Notes under the pieces: model-generated
Database searches by the model: none
Told to the model about the DNA's origin: nothing
What the model saw: only the letters and a program-made list of their open reading frames with translations
In this document: piece by piece, positions 18,675 through 29,635 of the stretch
Numbering within the stretch: the first letter of the stretch is position 1
How the letters are laid out: each line of letters starts with the position of its first letter
Position numbers and translations under genes: made by a program
Assembly (NCBI GenBank): GCA_965203175.1
Contig: OZ241867.1
Location: forward strand, 6,048,001-6,112,000
Length of the DNA: 64,000 bases
Reading direction: 5' to 3'
From: Candidatus Latescibacterota bacterium
Lineage (GTDB): Bacteria > Latescibacterota > UBA2968 > UBA8231

Positions 18675-21482
18675 ATGTCATTTGCTACGCACAGCGAAAA
18701 CGCCGAGTACATTGAAGCTCTTTACGAGCAATACCAACGCGATCCTAGCTCGGTCCCAGAAGAGTGGCAGCACTTCTTCCGCGGCTTTGAATTTGGCTTC
18801 GCGCGCTCTGTGACCGAGAGTGAGAGCGAACCAGCAGAAGCCTCGCAGCAGCAGCAGTCCATAGAAGAAGCCACTGAGGGCCTTTTGGTCCTCGAAGGCG
18901 TCCAAGCCCTCGTGCAGGCCTATCGGCAAATGGGCCACTTCGTCGCCCGGCTCGACCCGCTGGGGTACGACCGCCGGAGCTTGCCGCTGTTGGATCTGAT
19001 AGAATTTGGCCTCGCCGAAGAAGACCTCGACAAGACCGTGGGCAACGGCGGATTCCTCGGGCGCACGGACGGCACGTTAAAGGGGCTGTTGAGCAAGGTG
19101 AAAACCACGTATTGCCGCTCCATTGGCGTCGAATACATGGACATCCCGGACAAGGAGCAGCGCGACTGGCTGCAAGAGCGGATCGAGCCTTGCCTCAACA
19201 ATCCCAATTTGTCCGAAGAAGCCAAGCGTCGGGTACTCGCGCGACTAATCGCCGCCGAGGAATTCGAGCAGTTTTTGCACACGCGCTACGTCGGGCAAAA
19301 GCGCTTCTCGCTCGAAGGAGCCGAGTCCATGGTGCCGCTCCTAGACGAACTGGTCAGCACCGGCTCCAAGCTCGGCGTCGAAGAGGTGGTCATCGGCATG
19401 GCCCACCGCGGCCGGCTCAACGTACTAGCGCACCTTTTGCACAAGCCCTACGAAGAGATCCTCGCCGAGTTCGAGGGCGCGGACCGCACCGACCGCGACG
19501 ACGACGAGGGCGATGTCAAATACCACAAGGGCTATTCCTACGACCACGTCACCGAGGAGGGACGCAAGGTCCATCTCTCACTCAGTTTTAATCCCAGCCA
19601 CTTAGAGCTAGTCGACCCAGTCATCGAGGGCATCGTCTATGCCAAGCAGACTTACTTGCACGACGCAGAAGGAGAGCGGGTGGTCCCAGTCCTCATCCAC
19701 GGCGAGGCCGCCTTTACCGGCCAGGGCATCGTCTCGGAGACCCTCAATCTCTCCGAACTGCCCGGCTACCGCACCGGCGGCTCCGTCCACATCATCATCA
19801 ACAACCAGCTAGGCTACACCGCCCCAGCCGACGAGACGCGCTTTACCCCCTATCCGAGTGACATAGCCAAGGAGATTCAGGCACCCGTCTTCCACGTCAA
19901 CGCCGACGATCCCGAAGCCGTAATGCAAGCAGCGCGAGTGGCGATGGAGTTCAGGCATCGCTTCAAGGTAGATGTCATCATCGATTTGTGGTGTTATCGC
20001 CGCCACGGCCACAACGAAGCCGATGACCCAACCCTTACCCAGCCGCTGATGTACAAGAAAATCGCCGAGCATCCAACGATCCTCCACCTCTACTCCTTCC
20101 AGCTCATTGCCCAGAACAAAATCTCCCAAGAGGAAGCCGACGATACTCGCGCGCGAATCCGCACTCGGCTCGAAGAAGCCCAGCAAATCGCCCGCCGCCT
20201 GCAAGTCCAGCCCCAAATTTCGTCCTTCGGGGGCGTCTGGCAGGGCCTGACTTGGGCACCCGATGACTGGAGCGCCCAAACGGCCGTCGATGCCAAAATC
20301 CTGCAGCGGATCGTCGAACGGGCAACCCAAATCCCCGAGGGATTCTCACTGCACCGCACAATTCAGCGGATGGTCGAAGCGCGCCGCGCCATGGCCGCTG
20401 GCCAAGCACCCATCGACTGGGGCTGCAGCGAGGTGATGGCCTTTGGCTCGTTGCTGCGGGAGGGCGTGGCGGTGCGCCTGACTGGCCAAGATACCCAGCG
20501 CGGCACCTTTGCCCACCGCCACGCCGTCTGGCACGACACGGAAACGGGCGCAGAGCACATCCCCTTGCAGTGCTTGGAGCGCGATCAAGCCGACTTCGTC
20601 GTGATCAACACCATGCTGTCGGAGCTAGCAGTACTCGGCTTTGAGTACGGAATCAGCTCGGCGGACCCCCGTCGCTTGGTCTTGTGGGAGGCCCAGTTCG
20701 GTGATTTCGTCAACGGCGCGCAAATGATCATCGACCAATTCCTTTCCAGTGGCGAAGCCAAATGGCAGCGAATGAGTGGCTTGGTGCTGCTGTTGCCACA
20801 CGGGTACGAGGGCATGGGGCCCGAGCACTCCAGCGCGCGGCTGGAGCGCTTCTTGCAACTGTGCGCCAAAAACAACATGCAGGTGGCCTATCCGACCACG
20901 CCCGCGCAACTTTTTCACATCTTGCGGCGACAGATCCACCGCAACTTCCGCAAGCCGCTGGTGCTGATGACCCCCAAGAGCCTCCTGCGGCACAAGCAAT
21001 GCGTCTCAGAGCTAGCAGAGTTTTCCACGGGAACGTTCCAGCGGGTCATCGACGACGCAGACGTCGCCGACCCAGCCGCCGTCAGCCGGGTGGTTCTATG
21101 CACCGGCAAGATCTACTACGACTTGATAGCTGCCCGCGCCGAGCAAAACGGCAGCGACGAAGTAGCGCTGCTGCGCGTCGAGGAACTCTATCCGTTCCCG
21201 GCTGCTGAACTCCAAGCCGTGTTCGAGCGCTATCCCGCGGCCGAGCAGTTCTACTGGGTGCAGGAAGAATCGCAGAACATGGGCGCTTGGTCCTTTGTCC
21301 AGCCCCTCTTAGACGAACTGCTGCCCGCGCACTGCAAGCTGAACTACGTGGGCCGCGACGAAGCGGCCAGCCCGGCCACTGGCTCTGGGAACCTTCACGA
21401 AACCGAGCAACGAGAAATCGTCGAACAGGCACTAGGCCAAGGCCGCGAAATGGTGCTGCATCAGCGGCGGCAATCTGGTTAG
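18675..21482 (+). CDS. sucA: 2-oxoglutarate dehydrogenase E1
   Basis: [37 protein letters not shown] and [11 protein letters not shown] at 18675 after GGAGG. Confidence 0.96.
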   Translation: MSFATHSENAEYIEALYEQYQRDPSSVPEEWQHFFRGFEFGFARSVTESESEPAEASQQQQSIEEATEGLLVLEGVQALVQAYRQMGHFVARLDPLGYDRRSLPLLDLIEFGLAEEDLDKTVGNGGFLGRTDGTLKGLLSKVKTTYCRSIGVEYMDIPDKEQRDWLQERIEPCLNNPNLSEEAKRRVLARLIAAEEFEQFLHTRYVGQKRFSLEGAESMVPLLDELVSTGSKLGVEEVVIGMAHRGRLNVLAHLLHKPYEEILAEFEGADRTDRDDDEGDVKYHKGYSYDHVTEEGRKVHLSLSFNPSHLELVDPVIEGIVYAKQTYLHDAEGERVVPVLIHGEAAFTGQGIVSETLNLSELPGYRTGGSVHIIINNQLGYTAPADETRFTPYPSDIAKEIQAPVFHVNADDPEAVMQAARVAMEFRHRFKVDVIIDLWCYRRHGHNEADDPTLTQPLMYKKIAEHPTILHLYSFQLIAQNKISQEEADDTRARIRTRLEEAQQIARRLQVQPQISSFGGVWQGLTWAPDDWSAQTAVDAKILQRIVERATQIPEGFSLHRTIQRMVEARRAMAAGQAPIDWGCSEVMAFGSLLREGVAVRLTGQDTQRGTFAHRHAVWHDTETGAEHIPLQCLERDQADFVVINTMLSELAVLGFEYGISSADPRRLVLWEAQFGDFVNGAQMIIDQFLSSGEAKWQRMSGLVLLLPHGYEGMGPEHSSARLERFLQLCAKNNMQVAYPTTPAQLFHILRRQIHRNFRKPLVLMTPKSLLRHKQCVSELAEFSTGTFQRVIDDADVADPAAVSRVVLCTGKIYYDLIAARAEQNGSDEVALLRVEELYPFPAAELQAVFERYPAAEQFYWVQEESQNMGAWSFVQPLLDELLPAHCKLNYVGRDEAASPATGSGNLHETEQREIVEQALGQGREMVLHQRRQSG

Positions 21483-21492
21483 GAGCATTTGT

Positions 21493-22758
21493 ATGTCAGT
21501 ACAAGTCGAAATACCGAGCATGGGCGAATCCGTCAGCGAGGTCATTCTCCTCGAATGGCTCAAGAGCGACGGCGAGCGCGTCGAGCAGGACGAGCCGCTC
21601 TGCGTGCTAGAAACCGACAAGGCCAATGTCGAGTTACCGTCCCCAGCCAGCGGCGCGCTCAAACACCTACAATCCACCGACACCACGCTAACCATAGGAG
21701 CGGTAGTCGCGGAGATAGATGAATCAGCACAAGCAGCCGCTTCGGCCCCGGCACCCAAACCCGAACCCACTGAGCCCAAACCCGAATCCACCCTAAGCCC
21801 AGCCGTGCGCCGCTTAGTCGAAGAACACGAGTTGGATCCAACTGCCATTGAGGGCACGGGCAAGGACGGACGGCTGACGAAAAAGGACGTGCTCGCCCAC
21901 CTAGAGACGCTATCCGCGCCCGAACCTGCTCAACCGTCACCTGAACCTGCACCTGAACCTGCTCAACCACCACCTGTACCCAAACCCGCTCCGCCGCCTG
22001 AGCCTGAATCCACTCCAGCGCCCGAACCCGCTCAATCATCTACTGCGCCCGCCAGTCCCGGCCTCACCCGCCGCGAGCCAATGAGCCGACTCCGCCAGCG
22101 CATAGCCGAACACTTGGTCGCCGCTCAGCACAACGCGGCCATGCTGACAACTTTCAACGAAATCGACATGAGTGCGGTGATGCAGCTCAGAGCCAAGTAC
22201 AAGGAGCGCTTTGCCCAAGTCCACGGCTCATCGCTGGGGCTGATGTCGTTTTTCTCGCGAGCCGCGGTCCTCGCACTTGGCGAGTTTCCGGCAATCAACG
22301 CGCAGATCGACGGCACGCACATTGTGTATCACGACTTCGTCAATCTGGGAATCGCCGTGAGCACAGAGCGCGGTCTAGTCGTGCCCGTCTTGCACCGCGC
22401 CGATCAGATGTCCATCGCCCAACTCGAAAGCAACATCAAGCGACTTGCGCTAAGCGCCCGCGACAACAAGCTGGCCATGGATGAGCTAAGCGGCGGCACC
22501 TTTACCATCACCAATGGCGGGGTCTTCGGCTCGCTGCTTTCCACGCCGATTCTAAACGCACCGCAAAGCGGCATTCTGGGAATGCACGCGATCCAAGAGC
22601 GGCCCGTAGTTGTCGAAGGTCAAGTGGTGATTAGGCCGATGATGTACGTAGCGCTGTCCTACGATCATCGACTCGTCGATGGCCAGCAGTCGGTCTCGTT
22701 TTTGGTGCGGCTGAAAGAGCTACTGGAAGATCCAGCGCGGCTGCTGTTAGAGGTATAG
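21493..22758 (+). CDS. sucB: Dihydrolipoamide succinyltransferase E2
   Basis: Lipoyl ETDK, E3-binding GTGKDGRL, Pro-rich linker and catalytic YDHRLVDG. Confidence 0.96.
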   Translation: MSVQVEIPSMGESVSEVILLEWLKSDGERVEQDEPLCVLETDKANVELPSPASGALKHLQSTDTTLTIGAVVAEIDESAQAAASAPAPKPEPTEPKPESTLSPAVRRLVEEHELDPTAIEGTGKDGRLTKKDVLAHLETLSAPEPAQPSPEPAPEPAQPPPVPKPAPPPEPESTPAPEPAQSSTAPASPGLTRREPMSRLRQRIAEHLVAAQHNAAMLTTFNEIDMSAVMQLRAKYKERFAQVHGSSLGLMSFFSRAAVLALGEFPAINAQIDGTHIVYHDFVNLGIAVSTERGLVVPVLHRADQMSIAQLESNIKRLALSARDNKLAMDELSGGTFTITNGGVFGSLLSTPILNAPQSGILGMHAIQERPVVVEGQVVIRPMMYVALSYDHRLVDGQQSVSFLVRLKELLEDPARLLLEV

Positions 22759-22794
22759 TGGAAGGCTATCGCTGGTCATAGTGGAGAAACACCA

Positions 22795-23748
22795 ATGCCC
22801 AAAAAAGTTGAAAAACGCAATCAAGAGAATCCGCTTAAGTTCGAGTTCTCTATGGTTGGCAAACAGCTAGCGACAAAAAATGAGTCGAAATTTTGTGAGA
22901 TATATAGGCATCCTCATGGTTCTCTTTTTCAGGGGGATTCTGTCGAGTGGCTCAAGAGCTTGGACGAAGAAAGCGTGGATCTTATTTTTGCTGATCCTCC
23001 ATACAACATCAATAAGGCCGAATGGGATAGATTTGAGAACCAAGAACAGTACATTGAATGGTCGATGGAATGGATTAGAGAGGCACATCGTATTCTAAAG
23101 GAAGAAGGGACGATGTATCTCTGTGGATTTTCTGAAATACTTGCAGATATAAAGCAACCGTCTATGAAGTATTTTAGATCGTGCAAGTGGCTGGTGTGGT
23201 ACTATAAAAACAAAGCCAATATGGGGAGTGACTGGGGAAGATCGCATGAGAGCATTCTTCACTTACGCAAATCTAATAAAAAGACATTTAACATCGATGA
23301 TATTAGAATTCCCTATGGTAATCATACGCTAAAATATCCGTCTCACCCACAAGCAGAGTCAAGTCAGTACGGAAACGGAGCGAATCAAAAAAATGTTTGG
23401 ACGCCGCATCCGGGAGGGGCAAAGCCACGAGATGTTATAGAAGTGCCGACCACGTGTAATGGAATGAATGAAAAAACTCCTCATCCTACACAAAAACCAG
23501 AAGAACTCGTTCGGAAGTTTGTCCTTGCTTCGTCTAAAGAAGGCGATCTTGTTATTGATCCGTTCTCAGGATCGGGGACAACGTTAGTCGTTTCTGAACA
23601 ACTCGGACGAAGATGGGCTGGTTGTGAAATTGATCCCGAATACAATAAATGGGCGATAGACCGGATAGAAAATGTGGTCCGCAGATCAAAAGACGGATGG
23701 ATCGCACTTGATAAAGAGAACGAAAAAAGAAGGAGTTCAATCCGTTGA
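22795..23748 (+). CDS. Site-specific DNA methyltransferase (N4C/N6A, beta class)
   Basis: DPPY precedes HPTQKP and DPFSGSG (motif IV before motif I). AT-rich. Confidence 0.93.
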   Translation: MPKKVEKRNQENPLKFEFSMVGKQLATKNESKFCEIYRHPHGSLFQGDSVEWLKSLDEESVDLIFADPPYNINKAEWDRFENQEQYIEWSMEWIREAHRILKEEGTMYLCGFSEILADIKQPSMKYFRSCKWLVWYYKNKANMGSDWGRSHESILHLRKSNKKTFNIDDIRIPYGNHTLKYPSHPQAESSQYGNGANQKNVWTPHPGGAKPRDVIEVPTTCNGMNEKTPHPTQKPEELVRKFVLASSKEGDLVIDPFSGSGTTLVVSEQLGRRWAGCEIDPEYNKWAIDRIENVVRRSKDGWIALDKENEKRRSSIR

Positions 23749-24649
23749 ACTTGGAAAGACTGGTAAGTATCGCCTGCGATAAAGACTATTTTCGCGATAT
23801 TGATAGGTACTGCGATTTTGCAAAGTCGTATCTTGAATTCATCAAAGACAATCTACAAGCTGTAATTGTATCGAGAAACGAGAATAATTATCAATTTTTT
23901 CAATACAAAGATGATGGGACATACCATACAATGTAACAAGACCGATCAACTCCAAATTAATGTACTCATTAGAAGATATGGAGGCTGTTATTGACCCTTT
24001 TAAAGAAATTCTTTTGGATATTCAAGGCGAGGATAATAGTACTGATAATTCGTCTAACCGAGAGATCATTAATAGAAGCATTTATACAGCGCAACAATGT
24101 ATTGGAGCTACTCTTGATGCCTTGCCCGCTAATAAGTCAAATACAGCAAGAAAGATAAACGGCGACCTATTTGAAAGATTCATACGTCTCATTATAGGCA
24201 AAGTCGGAGTTTATGTCACGCAAGGGACAGTGCAAGTTCCAGTAAAAATAAATGGAAAAGTCGAATTTACTATGAATTATCAGCACGATCTTATTGTGAA
24301 AGAACTTGAAGAAGTACGTGCGATAGGGTCTGTAAAAACATCGAGCAAAGACCGTCTAGCTAAAATATTTGTCGATAAATTCCTATATAATCGCTTGACA
24401 GATAGAGACACACTCCATTTCGCTATTTTTCTAAACGATGTGCAAAGAAAAGGCAGAGACGGCAACTATGGTATCAATACAACTTTTCTTTCAGGGCACT
24501 TTAAGGGCTATACAGTTAAACTAAATCCATTAGATGGAGTATATTATTTCGACATACGTCCTGACATGCAGATAAAGGATATTTTGAAGGATCACATAAA
24601 AACCTTCGACCATTTTCTATTTGGCGATATTTGGAAGCTCGTCAGGTAA
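23745..24649 (+). pseudogene. Probable Type II restriction endonuclease, frameshifted
   Basis: Two ORFs (23745-23936 and 23960-24649) join in frame if one copy of the tandem CATAC-CATAC (23920-23929) is removed. PD-(D/E)xK-like QHDL...SVKTSSKDR. Overlaps the MTase stop codon. Confidence 0.78.
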
Positions 24650-24713
24650 CTGTCTGATAAGGAGCCAGCAGACGTTCTAACGTGTGCTGCTAATTACGCA
24701 AAAAGGAACAACT

Positions 24714-26096
24714 GTGAGCGACACTGCATTCGACCTAATCGTCATCGGCGCAGGACCGGGCGGCTACGTGGCCGCGAGCAAGGCGGCGCAACTCGGCATG
24801 AAGGTCGCCTGTATCGACAAAAGCTACCTCGGCGGTACCTGCCTCAACGTCGGCTGCATCCCCAGCAAGGCGCTGCTAGAGTCGAGTGATTTATTTTACA
24901 GAGCCAAGAAGGGGTTAGGACACCACGGAATCGGACAGGGCGAAGTGGGTCTGGACCTAGGGGCCATGATGGCGCGAAAAGAAAAAATCGTGCAGACCAT
25001 GACCAAAGGCATTGAGGGGCTGTTTAAGGGCCGAGGGGTGACGCATTTCGTCGGCACAGGCCAAGTCCGCGCCCCGGGAAGCGTGGCAGTGCAAGGTTCA
25101 GATGGCGAGCAAGTGCTGTCTGCCAAGCACATCCTATTGGCCACCGGGAGCACGCCCGTGGAGTTGTCGAATCTGCCCTTTGATGGAAAACACATAATTA
25201 GTTCGACCGAGGCCCTAACCTTAGAAAAGGTGCCTGAGCGGCTCATCGTCATCGGCGGCGGTGCCATTGGGCTGGAATTGGGATCCGTATGGGCTCGGTT
25301 AGGAGCCCAAGTGCTCGTAGTGGAGGCCATGGATCAGATCCTACCGGAGATGGACCAAGAAATGGCCCGGCAACTAGAACGGCTGCTCAAGCGACAGGGA
25401 CTAAAGTTCCTGCTCGGAGCCAAAGCCCAAACCGCTGCAATCGAAGAAGGTCAAGTGACGCTGACCATAGCGACCGGCGATCAAGAACGCGTCGAGACAT
25501 GCGATCAGGTATTGGTGGCCGTGGGGCGCAAACCATGCAGCACAGGGTTGGGACTCGAAGACGTGGGCGTAGCGACCAACGAACGTGGACAAGTCCTAGT
25601 CGACGCACAGGGACGCACCAATGTCGAGGGCATCTGGGCTATCGGCGACCTCGTGCCCGGACCGATGCTGGCCCACAAGGCCGAAGCCGAAGGAATCGCC
25701 GTCGCCGAGCGAATGGCCGGGCGCGCCGGACAGGTCAACTACAAGGCCATACCCTCAGTCGTGTACACCCATCCAGAACTAGCCTCCGTAGGCGCGAGCG
25801 AAGAAGCAGCCACAGCAGCCGGCCACGAGGTCGCCATCGGCAAACACCAATTTCGCAGCAATGCCCGCGCCCACTGCATGGACGACATCGACGGCCTAGT
25901 CAAGGTCGTCGCCGATGCGCACACCGACCAACTCTTGGGAATGCACATCCTCGGGCCGCAGGCTTCGCACTTGATCGCCGAGGGCGTCTTGGCCCTAGAG
26001 TTCGGGGCCAGTGCCGAGGATGTAGCCCGCACCGTCCACGCACATCCAGCGCTGTCAGAAGTCGTAGGCGAAGCGGCGCGGGCCGTAGAATCGTGA
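24714..26096 (+). CDS. lpdA: Dihydrolipoyl dehydrogenase E3
   Basis: GAGPGGY, GGTCLNVGCIPSK, GGGAIGLE and HPALSE. GTG start after AAAGGA. Confidence 0.96.
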   Translation: MSDTAFDLIVIGAGPGGYVAASKAAQLGMKVACIDKSYLGGTCLNVGCIPSKALLESSDLFYRAKKGLGHHGIGQGEVGLDLGAMMARKEKIVQTMTKGIEGLFKGRGVTHFVGTGQVRAPGSVAVQGSDGEQVLSAKHILLATGSTPVELSNLPFDGKHIISSTEALTLEKVPERLIVIGGGAIGLELGSVWARLGAQVLVVEAMDQILPEMDQEMARQLERLLKRQGLKFLLGAKAQTAAIEEGQVTLTIATGDQERVETCDQVLVAVGRKPCSTGLGLEDVGVATNERGQVLVDAQGRTNVEGIWAIGDLVPGPMLAHKAEAEGIAVAERMAGRAGQVNYKAIPSVVYTHPELASVGASEEAATAAGHEVAIGKHQFRSNARAHCMDDIDGLVKVVADAHTDQLLGMHILGPQASHLIAEGVLALEFGASAEDVARTVHAHPALSEVVGEAARAVES

Positions 26097-26866
26097 AGCT
26101 CGCCGACAAAGTCGTCCTCATCACCGGCGCTGGCTCGGGCATCGGTCGCCAAACCGCGATGCACTGTGCCCGTGAAGGCGCGCACATTGCAGCCGTTGAC
26201 ATCGACGAGACCACGGCCGAAGAAACGGCCGCAACCATCACTGCTGACGACGGGCAGGCCATCGCCATCGCCGCCGACGTGTCCCGCGCCGCCGATTGCG
26301 AGCGCATGGTGCAGCAAGCCGAAGCCGCTTATGGTCGCCTCGACGTGCTGTTCAACAACGCCGGCATCTCCCACCACGCCGACGCCGACGCCATCGACAC
26401 CGAAGAAGAGGTCTGGGATCTGACCATGGCCGTCAATCTCAAGGGCGTCTTTTTGGGCTGCAAATACGGCATTCCAGCCCTGCGCCGCGCCGGCGGTGGT
26501 GCCATCGTCAACACCGCCTCTTTCGTCGCCTTGCTCGGAGCGGCCACGCCCCAATTGGCCTATACCGCCAGCAAGGGCGGCGTCCTCGCCCTGACGCGCG
26601 AGCTAGCCGTCATCCACGCCCGCGAAAATATCCGCGTCAACGCACTCTGCCCCGGCCCGTTGCGCACCGAACTGCTGATGAAATATCTCGACAGCGAAGA
26701 AAAGCGCCAGCGCCGCTTGGTCCACATTCCCATGGGTCGCTTTGGCGAGGCGGAGGAGATCGCCCGCACGGTCGTCTTCTTGGCCTCGGACGACGCCTCC
26801 TTTATAACGGGCTCGACCTTTGTCGTCGATGGCGGCATTACCGCTGCCTACGTCACCCCAGAGTGA
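26093..26866 (+). CDS. Short-chain dehydrogenase/reductase
   Basis: TGAGSGIG, NNAG and YTASK. The GTG start overlaps the lpdA stop (GTGA). Confidence 0.93.
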   Translation: MKLADKVVLITGAGSGIGRQTAMHCAREGAHIAAVDIDETTAEETAATITADDGQAIAIAADVSRAADCERMVQQAEAAYGRLDVLFNNAGISHHADADAIDTEEEVWDLTMAVNLKGVFLGCKYGIPALRRAGGGAIVNTASFVALLGAATPQLAYTASKGGVLALTRELAVIHARENIRVNALCPGPLRTELLMKYLDSEEKRQRRLVHIPMGRFGEAEEIARTVVFLASDDASFITGSTFVVDGGITAAYVTPE

Positions 26867-26874
26867 GGCCGCCC

Positions 26875-26940
26875 ATGCGCTTTGCGGCCGCAGTTTTCGA
26901 CCTCGACGGCACCCTGCTCGCCGAGCCGCTGGACTATTGA
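26875..26940 (+). pseudogene. N-terminal remnant of a HAD-family hydrolase
   Basis: Translates as MRFAAAVFDLDGTLLAEPLDY-stop, i.e. HAD motif I (FDLDGTL) only. Confidence 0.65.
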
Positions 26941-26980
26941 ACTTCCTGTAACCCACCGCACAATTCAGAAAGGGTAACCC

Positions 26981-28294
26981 ATGAGCGAATTTTTTAAGGG
27001 CATCGAAAAAATTGCCTACGAAGGCCCAGACTCTAAAAATCCCCTCGCCTTCAAGCACTACGACGCCGAGGCCACAGTCGGCGGCAAGACCATGGCCGAG
27101 CACCTGCGTTTCTCCGTGGCCTTTTGGCACAGCTTCAAGGGCGGAGGTATCGATCCCTTCGGCCCAACTCCGGTGTACGACCGGCCTTGGGACCGCGCTA
27201 CCGACCCCATGCAGCGCGCCGAAGACACCTTGCGCGCGGCCTTTGAATTCATCACCAAGCTCGGCGCGCCGTTCTACTGCTGGCACGACCGCGACATCGC
27301 ACCCGAAGGCGAGACCCTCAAAGAAAGCAACGAACGCCTCGACCACATTGTGGGGCTGGCCGAGCAATTGCAAGCCGATACGGGCGTTCGCTTGCTGTGG
27401 GGAACGTCCAACTGTTTCTCACACGCACGCTTTACCCACGGGGCCGCCACCAACCCCGACGCCCACGTCTTCGCCTGGGCCGCAGCGCAGATCAAAAAGG
27501 CCATGGAATGCACCCATCGGCTCGGGGGGGCCAATTACGTGTTTTGGGGTGGACGCGAGGGGTACTCCAGCTTGCTCAACACCAACATGGCCCACGAGCA
27601 GGACCAACTCGCGCGCTTCTTGCATATGGCCGTCGAACACAAAAAGGCGATCGGCTTTACCGGCACCCTGCTCGTGGAGCCCAAGCCCAAAGAGCCGACC
27701 AAGCACCAATACGACTACGACGCCGCCACCGTCTTGAGCTTTCTCCGCAAATACGACCTGTTGGACGAGTTCAAGCTCAACATCGAAGCCAACCACGCCA
27801 CCCTGGCCGGCCACACCTTTGAACACGACCTCCAACTCGCCTCGGCCGATGGCAAACTGGGCAGCATTGACGCCAATCGCGGCGATTACCTGCTCGGCTG
27901 GGACACCGACCAATTCCCCACCGACCTCTACTCCACCACGTACGCCATGCTGGTGATCCTCAAACAAGGCGGCATCGCTTCCGGCGGCATCAACTTCGAC
28001 GCCAAGGTGCGGCGCGGCTCCTGCGACTTGGAGGATCTCTTCCACGCCCACATCGGCGGCATGGACTCGTTTGCCCGCGGGCTAACGCTGGCCCAGCGCA
28101 TCATCGACGACGGCGCACTCGACGCCTTTGTCGAGGCGCGCTACGCCTCGTATCGCAGCGGCATCGGCGAGAAGATCATGCGCGACGAGACCAACTTCGC
28201 CGAGCTAGAGGCATACGTCCACCAGCACGGCGAGCCGGAAAAGCGCAGCGGCCGCGAGGAAATGCTGGAGAATATCGTCAATAGTTATCTGTGA
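26981..28294 (+). CDS. xylA: Xylose isomerase (class II)
   Basis: FWGGREGY, EPKPKEPTKHQYD, NIEANHA and GWDTDQF. Confidence 0.97.
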   Translation: MSEFFKGIEKIAYEGPDSKNPLAFKHYDAEATVGGKTMAEHLRFSVAFWHSFKGGGIDPFGPTPVYDRPWDRATDPMQRAEDTLRAAFEFITKLGAPFYCWHDRDIAPEGETLKESNERLDHIVGLAEQLQADTGVRLLWGTSNCFSHARFTHGAATNPDAHVFAWAAAQIKKAMECTHRLGGANYVFWGGREGYSSLLNTNMAHEQDQLARFLHMAVEHKKAIGFTGTLLVEPKPKEPTKHQYDYDAATVLSFLRKYDLLDEFKLNIEANHATLAGHTFEHDLQLASADGKLGSIDANRGDYLLGWDTDQFPTDLYSTTYAMLVILKQGGIASGGINFDAKVRRGSCDLEDLFHAHIGGMDSFARGLTLAQRIIDDGALDAFVEARYASYRSGIGEKIMRDETNFAELEAYVHQHGEPEKRSGREEMLENIVNSYL

Positions 28295-28316
28295 GGAAGA
28301 ACAACGCGAGCTAAGC

Positions 28317-29303
28317 TCAATTGTCCCTCGGCACGGCCATCATCCGCTCCAACGCCCGCCGCGCCCCCACAATCACCTCGTCGTCCAGTGTAATTTCGTA
28401 GCGCTCGTACAGCAGCGAAAAATACACGTCTTGCAGGTCGGTGATTTTCATGTAGGGGCAGTGTAGCCGACAGCCAATGCAGCCATCCGCCGCGACGAAC
28501 TCTTGGTGCGGGAAGCGCTGCCGGAGCTGGTGCAACATGCCGTTTTCCGTGGCGATAATGAAACTCTTGGCCTCGGGATATTTTTCCACAGCCTTGAGCA
28601 TCCCCGTAGTCGAGCACACTTCGTGCGCGATTTCGACCACGTCCTCGCGGCATTCCGGGTGCGCAATGATGACGGCCTCGGGAAATTCGCTGCGGGTGCG
28701 CTCGACGCTGGCGGCGCGCAGCACGTCGTGCGTCGGACAAGCGCCGTCGTACACCACGACCTCTTTCTCCGGCACCTGCTCGGCCACCCAACGGCCCAAG
28801 TTGCGGTCCGGCGTAAAGAGGATCTTGTCGCTATCGAGGCTGCGCACCACTGAGACGGCGTTGGCCGAGGTGCAGCAGATGTCGGACTCGGCCTTCACCT
28901 CGGCCGTGGAGTTGACGTACGTCACCACCGTGTGATCGGGATAATCTGCTTTCCAATCGTCGAGGCTTTCCGGGGTGATGGAGTCGGCCAGCGAACAGCC
29001 CGCGCCCAAATGAGGCAAGAACACCTGCTTGCCGGGGCTGAGGATTTTGGCCGACTCGGCCATGAAATGCACGCCGCAAAAGACGATGCGCTCGGCATCC
29101 GTCTTGGCAGCTTCCACTGACAGCCCAAGCGAATCGCCCGTGAAGTCGGCCAAGTCTTGGATCGGCGGAATCTGGTAGTTGTGCGCGAGGATGACCGCGT
29201 TTTTCTCGCGGCGCAAATGGTTGATCTGGGCGATGAGCTCCTCGGCGGGCAGGTCGCTGTGGTACTGCCCAGCGGCTGGGGCGATCGTCTCTGAGTAGGT
29301 CAT
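28317..29303 (-). CDS. nadA: Quinolinate synthase
   Basis: ILAHNYQ, GDSL, FCGVHFMAE, GCSLA, YVNS and AHPEC. ATG at 29303. Confidence 0.96.
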   Translation of the reverse strand: MTYSETIAPAAGQYHSDLPAEELIAQINHLRREKNAVILAHNYQIPPIQDLADFTGDSLGLSVEAAKTDAERIVFCGVHFMAESAKILSPGKQVFLPHLGAGCSLADSITPESLDDWKADYPDHTVVTYVNSTAEVKAESDICCTSANAVSVVRSLDSDKILFTPDRNLGRWVAEQVPEKEVVVYDGACPTHDVLRAASVERTRSEFPEAVIIAHPECREDVVEIAHEVCSTTGMLKAVEKYPEAKSFIIATENGMLHQLRQRFPHQEFVAADGCIGCRLHCPYMKITDLQDVYFSLLYERYEITLDDEVIVGARRALERMMAVPRDN

Positions 29304-29509
29304 GGCTTGACTTGCGCTCCTTCGTCGGGAGGGATGGTCTCGGTGCCATTGGGGAAAACGCGCCAAAATTCCTTGCGAATGAGGCCGGTGATCATGGCGC
29401 TCTTGCTGCTGCCGTGATAGCGGGCAATCGCGTCGAGCATCTCGTGGTCCCGGTCGGGCGCCGAAAAGGTCCGCACCTTGGCCCGACGACTCTGATCTTT
29501 GGTTGGCAT
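29300..29509 (-). CDS. Small ribbon-helix-helix-like protein translationally coupled to nadA
   Basis: 69 aa with a beta-strand (VRTFS) and two helices (HEMLDAIARYHG-SSKSAMITGLIRKEF). Its stop overlaps the nadA start (ATGA). Confidence 0.72.
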   Translation of the reverse strand: MPTKDQSRRAKVRTFSAPDRDHEMLDAIARYHGSSKSAMITGLIRKEFWRVFPNGTETIPPDEGAQVKP

Positions 29510-29635
29510 TATATTATCTTTATATAAAATTTAATTAATATGTATGTAATTTAATGAATCACTGGCGGTCCGTCAATACATTTGTAACCGCGCTTTAACC
29601 AAATTGTCGCACAAAAAAGGAAGATGGACGCGGCC

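Noticed and set aside
21915-22060. Tandem CCTGAACCTGC-like repeats in sucB
   Set aside because: They encode the ordinary Pro/Ala/Glu-rich E2 linker; this is not a CRISPR array or mobile repeat.
25289-26092. 525-aa ORF suggesting a long SDR fusion
   Set aside because: The upstream part is an alternative frame inside lpdA. The SDR starts at 26093.
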